Below, in pieces: positions 59,566 through 64,000 of a stretch of DNA of 64,000 nucleotides. A program made the position numbers and the translations under genes. Position 1 is the first letter of the stretch. Each line of letters starts with the position of its first letter. Under the pieces are notes generated by a model. The model did not search any database. It was not told the DNA's origin and was given only the letters and a program-made list of their open reading frames with translations. Source of the stretch: Acidimicrobiales bacterium (GTDB lineage: Bacteria; Actinomycetota; Acidimicrobiia; Acidimicrobiales; Bin134); the NCBI GenBank assembly GCA_963663255.1, contig OY760141.1, positions 1,641,580 through 1,705,579 of the forward strand, given 5' to 3'.

Positions 59566-59622
59566 CGGCCGGTCGGCTCGACGGAGGTCCGGCTTGGGCT
59601 GCCCATTAGTATCAAGGATTCA

Positions 59623-60636
59623 ATGAGGACAGGCAGCGAGACCCTCTCGGCCCGCAAGGCCGCGGTGTTGCGGGCCGTGGTGGAGGGATACATCTCCACC
59701 ACCCAGCCCGTGGGGTCCTCCCATGTATCTGAGATGGCCGACTTGGGTGTGTCCGCGGCCACGGTCCGCAACGAGATGCTGGCCTTGGAACATGCCGGAT
59801 ATCTGAGCCAGCCCCACACCAGCGCGGGCCGCATCCCCACCGATAAGGGCTACCGCCATTTCGTGGACTCCCTCACCGACGTGCCCAGGACCCTGGGCCA
59901 CAGCGAGCGCCAGCAGGTGCGGGCCTTCTTCGACACCACCCACAGCGAGCTGGAGCAGATGCTGGCCGATACCAGCGCGCTGCTAGCCGACCTCACGGCG
60001 TACGCCGCATTGGTGGTGGCCCCCCAGCATTCCAGCGCGGCCATCCGGTCGGTGAACTTGGTGGACCTGTCGGAGCGGCTGGTCCTGGCCCTGGTGGTGT
60101 ACGAGAACGGATCGGTGGACAAGCGCACCATCGAGATGGACCAGCCCGCCGATTCTGTGGAGCTGGCCCGGGCCGCCACCGCGCTTACCGAGTTCTTGGC
60201 CGGGCGACCGGCCACTGCGCTGCGGGATCGAGGCGCAGTGGCCCGGCTGAGCCCGCTGGCGTCTCGGATCATGGGCTCGCTGGCCGATTTGAGCGACACC
60301 GAGGAGCAGCTCTATGTGGGAGGGGCGGCCAGCGTGGCCGGTCTGTTCGACGCCACCGACACGGTGAGGTCGGTTCTGGGAATACTGGAGAAGCAGTTGG
60401 TGGTTGTCTCGTTGGTGAGAGACATCTTGGATCGGGGCCTCACCGTGGCCATCGGCTCGGAAACCGGCGTGGCCCCCCTGGCCGAGTGCTCGCTGATAGT
60501 GGCCCCCTACGAGGTGGCTGGCCGGCCGGTGGGCTCCATCGGGGTGCTGGGCCCCACCCGCATGAACTATCCCCAAGCGCTGGCCGCGGTGGCGGTGGTG
60601 AGCCAGAAGCTGGGCGACCGGCTGTCGTCCACCTAG
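59623..60636 (+). CDS. hrcA: Heat-inducible transcription repressor HrcA
   Basis: LSARKAAVLRAVVEGYISTTQPVGS winged-helix N-terminus. GRIPTDKGYR. hrcA-dnaJ synteny. Confidence 0.9.
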   Translation: MRTGSETLSARKAAVLRAVVEGYISTTQPVGSSHVSEMADLGVSAATVRNEMLALEHAGYLSQPHTSAGRIPTDKGYRHFVDSLTDVPRTLGHSERQQVRAFFDTTHSELEQMLADTSALLADLTAYAALVVAPQHSSAAIRSVNLVDLSERLVLALVVYENGSVDKRTIEMDQPADSVELARAATALTEFLAGRPATALRDRGAVARLSPLASRIMGSLADLSDTEEQLYVGGAASVAGLFDATDTVRSVLGILEKQLVVVSLVRDILDRGLTVAIGSETGVAPLAECSLIVAPYEVAGRPVGSIGVLGPTRMNYPQALAAVAVVSQKLGDRLSST

Positions 60637-60639
60637 ATC

Positions 60640-61767
60640 ATGTCCGCCGACTTCTACGACCTGCTCGGCGTGGGCCGAGACGCCACCGAGGACGACCTCA
60701 AGAAGGCGTTCCGCAAGCTGGCCCGCCAGTACCACCCCGACGCCAACCCCGATGACGCCGAGGCCGAGGCCCGCTTCAAGGAGATCGCGCTGGCCTATGA
60801 GACGCTGAGCGACCCCCAAAAGCGGGCCCACTACGACCGCTTCGGCACCGCTCCGGGAGCCGCGGGGGGCGGCGATCCGTTCTCGGGCATGAACCTGAAC
60901 GACATATTCGACGCCTTCTTCGGAGGTGCCAGCCCGTTTGGCGGCAGCCCCTTCGGCAACGCGGGCGGGAGGGGTCGGACCGGGCCCCAGCGGGGCACCG
61001 ACCTCGAAGCGGTGCTGACCCTCGATTTCGAAGAGGCGGTGCTGGGCGCCGAGGCCGAGGTGACCGTGCGCACCGCCACGGTGTGCGAGCCGTGCGAGGG
61101 CCGGGGCGCGGCCGAGGGCACTCAGCCGATTACCTGCGGCACGTGCGACGGCATGGGCCAGGTGCAGCGGGTGCGCCAGTCGATTCTCGGCCAGATGGTC
61201 ACCCGCACGGTGTGCGATACGTGCTCGGGCAGCGGCGAGGTGATCGCCGACCCGTGCCGAAGCTGCGGGGGCGACGGCCGGGTGGTAGGCGACCGGGACT
61301 ACACGGTCACCATCCCCGCCGGGGTGGGCCATGGGTCCACGCTGCGGGTGGGTCGCCGAGGAGCGGTCGGGCCTCGAGGCGGCCCTCCCGGCGATCTGTA
61401 CGTGCACATAGAGGTCCGTCCCCACCCCCACTTTGAACGCGAGGGCGACCATTTGGTCGATCAGCTCCATTTGACCATGGTCCAAGCCGCCCTCGGGGCA
61501 AACGTCAAGTACGAGACGCTAGACAGCGTGGAGGATCTGGACATCCCCGCCGGCACCCAGACCGGCCAGGTATTCCGCATCAGAGGCCGGGGCGTGCCCC
61601 GCCTTGAGGGTCGGGGCCGGGGTGATCTGTTGGTGCAGGCGGTTGTGGAGACGCCCACCGGGTTGAGCGACGACGAGATCGATCTACTCCACCAGCTGGC
61701 CGAGCTGCGGGGCGAAGAGGTGGCGCCCACCACAAGGAAGCGACGCCGTGAAGCCCGGCGGAAGTGA
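60640..61767 (+). CDS. dnaJ: Molecular chaperone DnaJ
   Basis: J domain with HPD (YHPDANP), a G/F-rich region and four CxxCxGxG zinc motifs. Confidence 0.95.
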   Translation: MSADFYDLLGVGRDATEDDLKKAFRKLARQYHPDANPDDAEAEARFKEIALAYETLSDPQKRAHYDRFGTAPGAAGGGDPFSGMNLNDIFDAFFGGASPFGGSPFGNAGGRGRTGPQRGTDLEAVLTLDFEEAVLGAEAEVTVRTATVCEPCEGRGAAEGTQPITCGTCDGMGQVQRVRQSILGQMVTRTVCDTCSGSGEVIADPCRSCGGDGRVVGDRDYTVTIPAGVGHGSTLRVGRRGAVGPRGGPPGDLYVHIEVRPHPHFEREGDHLVDQLHLTMVQAALGANVKYETLDSVEDLDIPAGTQTGQVFRIRGRGVPRLEGRGRGDLLVQAVVETPTGLSDDEIDLLHQLAELRGEEVAPTTRKRRREARRK

Positions 61768-62443
61768 CGGTCCCCACGTCTTTGTCAACGATCTGGATCG
61801 CGTTGAGCTGCGCGACGAAGACCGCCATCACCTGACCCGCTCGCTGCGGCTGAGGTCCGGAGACACCTTCACTGCCTCCGACGGCACGGGTTCATGGCGG
61901 GTGTGCCGCCTGGGAGTGGGACCCGATCCCGATGCCGAGCCCGACGGCGAGGTGGTTTTCGTCGAAGCACCACATCCAAAGCTCACCATCGGCTTCGCCC
62001 TCATCAAAGGAGGCCGCCCCGAGCTGGTGGTGCAGAAGCTAACCGAGCTAGGGGTAGATGCCATCGTGCCGTTCACCGCCGAGCACAGCGTGGTGCGCTG
62101 GGATCCCGACCGGGCCGCCCGCCACACCGAGCGCCTCCGCCGAGTGGCCCGCGAGGCCGCCATGCAGAGCCGCCAAGTGCGCCTTCCAGAAGTCGGCGAG
62201 GTGGCTGAGTTTGCCGATATGGCCGCCCTCCCCGGCGCCATCCGAGCCGACATCACCGGCGACCCCCCGTCGCTCGACCACCCAACCGTCCTTATCGGCC
62301 CCGAAGGCGGCTGGTCCGCCACCGAGCGCACCCAACTCGGCGCCATCCGCATCAGCTCATCAGTCCTCCGCTCCGAAACCGCCGCCATCGCTGCGGCAAC
62401 TCTTCTCACCGCCTTCCGGAATGGCCTGACTGGAGTGAGCTGA
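61748..62443 (+). CDS. rsmE: 16S rRNA (uracil1498-N3)-methyltransferase RsmE
   Basis: [15 protein letters not shown]-like N-terminus. C-terminal SPOUT motif LIGPEGGWS...LRSETAAI. 20-nt overlap with dnaJ. Confidence 0.8.
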   Translation: MKPGGSDGPHVFVNDLDRVELRDEDRHHLTRSLRLRSGDTFTASDGTGSWRVCRLGVGPDPDAEPDGEVVFVEAPHPKLTIGFALIKGGRPELVVQKLTELGVDAIVPFTAEHSVVRWDPDRAARHTERLRRVAREAAMQSRQVRLPEVGEVAEFADMAALPGAIRADITGDPPSLDHPTVLIGPEGGWSATERTQLGAIRISSSVLRSETAAIAAATLLTAFRNGLTGVS

Positions 62444-62476
62444 GTAGAGAACCTTGCTGATGCCCCGCTGAGGGGA

Positions 62477-63745
62477 TCAGCGTTCGTCGATGGCTATGTA
62501 GTTGCGCTCTTGGGAGCCGGTGTAGACCTGGCGGGGGCGGGCGATGCGGCTGTCTTGCTCTAGGAGCTCTACCCAGTGGGCCAGCCAGCCGGCGGTGCGG
62601 GCGATGGCGAACAGCACGGTGAACATCTCGGTGGGAAAGCCCATCGACTGGTAGATGAGCCCGGAGTAGAAATCCACGTTGGGGTACAGCCGGCGGCTCA
62701 CGAAGTAGTCATCGGCCAGGGCCACTTCTTCCAGTTTCAGGGCGATGTCGAGCAGCGGGTTGGAGCCGGTGACCTCGAACACGTCGTAGGCCGCCTCTTT
62801 GATGATGCGGGCTCGGGGGTCGTAGTTCTTGTACACCCGGTGTCCGAATCCCATCAGGCGGGTCTCGCCGGCTTTGACCGCCTTGATGAACGGGTCGATG
62901 TTCTCGTAGCTGCCGATGTCGTCGAGCATCTCCATCACAGCCTGGTTGGCCCCACCGTGGCGGGGTCCGTACAAAGAGCAGGCCGCAGCGGAGATCACCG
63001 AGTAGGGGTCGGTGTGCGCGCTGCCCACCACTCGGGCGGTGCTGGTGGAGCAGTTCTGCCCGTGGTCGGCGTGGGTGATGAGCAGAAGATCCAGTGCCCG
63101 GCTGAACGCCGGCTCGCATTGGTACCTGGGCTCGGCGATCTTGAACATCATCGACAAGAAGTTGGTGGCGAAGTCCAATTCGTTGTCGGGGTAGACGAAC
63201 GGCATGCCGGTGTTGAACCGAGCCCCGGCAGCAGCCACCGTGGGCACCTTGGCGATGAGCCGCACGATCTGGTGCATGCGATTTTCGGGATCCTCGATCT
63301 CTTTGGCCTCGGGGTAGAAGGTGGACAATGCGGCGATGGTGGAAACGAACATTCCCATCGGGTGGGCATCATGCAGGAATGACTCCATGAACCGCTTGCG
63401 GAAGCGCTCATGGATGAAGGTGTGGTGGGTGATCTCGTCCTTCCACACGTCGTACTCGCCGGGGGTGGGCAGCTCGCCGTGGAGCAGAAGGTAGGCCACC
63501 TCCAAATAGGTGGAGTGCTCGGCAAGCTGCTCGATGGGGTAGCCCCGGTAGCGCAGGATTCCGTTTTCGCCGTCCACCTCGCTGACGGCGCTGGTGGTGG
63601 CCGCGGTGGTGCTGAACGACGGGTCTAAGAACCACACGTTGGGGAGTAGTTTTCGCCAGGCTGTGGCATCCACACCACCGTCGACAATCGGTACCTCAAT
63701 TGACTCACCGGTCCGATTGTCGGTGATCGTTATGGACTCAGGCAC
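62477..63745 (-). CDS. gltA: Citrate synthase (type II)
   Basis: ITITDNRTGESIEVPI N-terminus. HADHGQNCST and GFGHRVYK catalytic motifs. GTG 63745 has AAAGGAG 6 nt upstream. Confidence 0.9.
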   Translation of the reverse strand: MPESITITDNRTGESIEVPIVDGGVDATAWRKLLPNVWFLDPSFSTTAATTSAVSEVDGENGILRYRGYPIEQLAEHSTYLEVAYLLLHGELPTPGEYDVWKDEITHHTFIHERFRKRFMESFLHDAHPMGMFVSTIAALSTFYPEAKEIEDPENRMHQIVRLIAKVPTVAAAGARFNTGMPFVYPDNELDFATNFLSMMFKIAEPRYQCEPAFSRALDLLLITHADHGQNCSTSTARVVGSAHTDPYSVISAAACSLYGPRHGGANQAVMEMLDDIGSYENIDPFIKAVKAGETRLMGFGHRVYKNYDPRARIIKEAAYDVFEVTGSNPLLDIALKLEEVALADDYFVSRRLYPNVDFYSGLIYQSMGFPTEMFTVLFAIARTAGWLAHWVELLEQDSRIARPRQVYTGSQERNYIAIDER

Positions 63746-63832
63746 GCACGGCTCCTTTCGCTGCTCCCTCCGGCGCTGCCGCAGCATACCTCAGGCAGCC
63801 CTGTTCGCTCCCAGGGAGGGGGTTGCTGCTGG

Positions 63833-64000
63833 TCAAAGAGGGGTGTTGTCGTGGCGGCGGCGGGGGAGGGACTCGCGTTTGGACTCCAGCAGCTCCAAGG
63901 CGGCAGCCACCTCGGCCCGAGTGTCGGCCGGGTCGATCACCGCGTCGATCGAACCCCGCTCAGCCGCAATGTAGGGGTTCAGGTAGCGCTCCTCGTAGGC
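63833..64000 (-). CDS. Acyl-CoA carboxylase beta (carboxyltransferase) subunit, C-terminal end (rest outside window)
   Basis: My translation of the minus strand gives AYEERYLNPYIAAERGSIDAVIDPADTRAEVAAALELLESKRESLPRRRHDNTPL*, typical of the propionyl/acetyl-CoA carboxyltransferase C-terminus. Confidence 0.6.
   Translation of the reverse strand, partial: AYEERYLNPYIAAERGSIDAVIDPADTRAEVAAALELLESKRESLPRRRHDNTPL

Noticed and set aside
59566-59622. Searched for a CIRCE element (TTAGCACTC-N9-GAGTGCTAA) upstream of hrcA.
   Set aside because: No match or near match is visible in this spacer. A CIRCE element may lie upstream of groES/groEL elsewhere.

Overview
High-GC, actinobacterial-type chromosomal segment (taxon is inference only). 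Most of it is housekeeping backbone in recognisable synteny: mreD-mrdA-rodA; a radical-SAM pair followed by rne-rplU-rpmA-obg-proB; murJ (antisense); proA; a MoxR/VWA pair; aroG; a sigma factor; nadD-LytR_C-rsfS; leuS; comEA-comEC-folP-like-holA; rpsT; lepA; hrcA-dnaJ-rsmE; gltA. About 60 CDS, one tRNA-Ala(GGC), no rRNA, no CRISPR and no intact IS element were recognised. The main accessory region is about 16.6-25.2 kb, visibly more AT-rich by eye. It starts with a decayed DUF222/HNH gene. It then carries an O-methyltransferase-like gene, a zinc-ribbon NUDIX gene, a glycine-zipper peptide gene and a VOC gene fragment. The candidate defence locus follows: a single-HKD PLD-family protein with a C-terminal hydrophobic anchor, convergent with a same-strand block of Phd-like antitoxin, RelE/ParE-like toxin ORF (no usable start codon), a ~1060-aa McrB-like GTPase and McrC. 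The McrB-like protein has a DUF4357-like head plus ~630 aa I cannot assign, and McrC is coupled to it by a GTGA overlap. This atypical McrBC locus with its PLD and TA neighbours is my best candidate for an undescribed system. Other observations: (1) two independent gene-junction duplications (5448-5506 and 56340-56407), each creating a mini-ORF that runs from one GTGA start/stop overlap to the next; (2) a seven-gene co-directional cluster linking sulfite reductase and APS-type CysH to an SDR, an acyl-CoA ligase and a sulfotransferase, preceded by an AT-rich leader with TCCGAAT repeats; (3) a secreted animal-haem-peroxidase homologue with a tandem N-terminal repeat next to the tRNA; (4) a DHPS paralogue wedged between comEC and holA. 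All calls come from reading the translations and DNA by eye. No database search was run.
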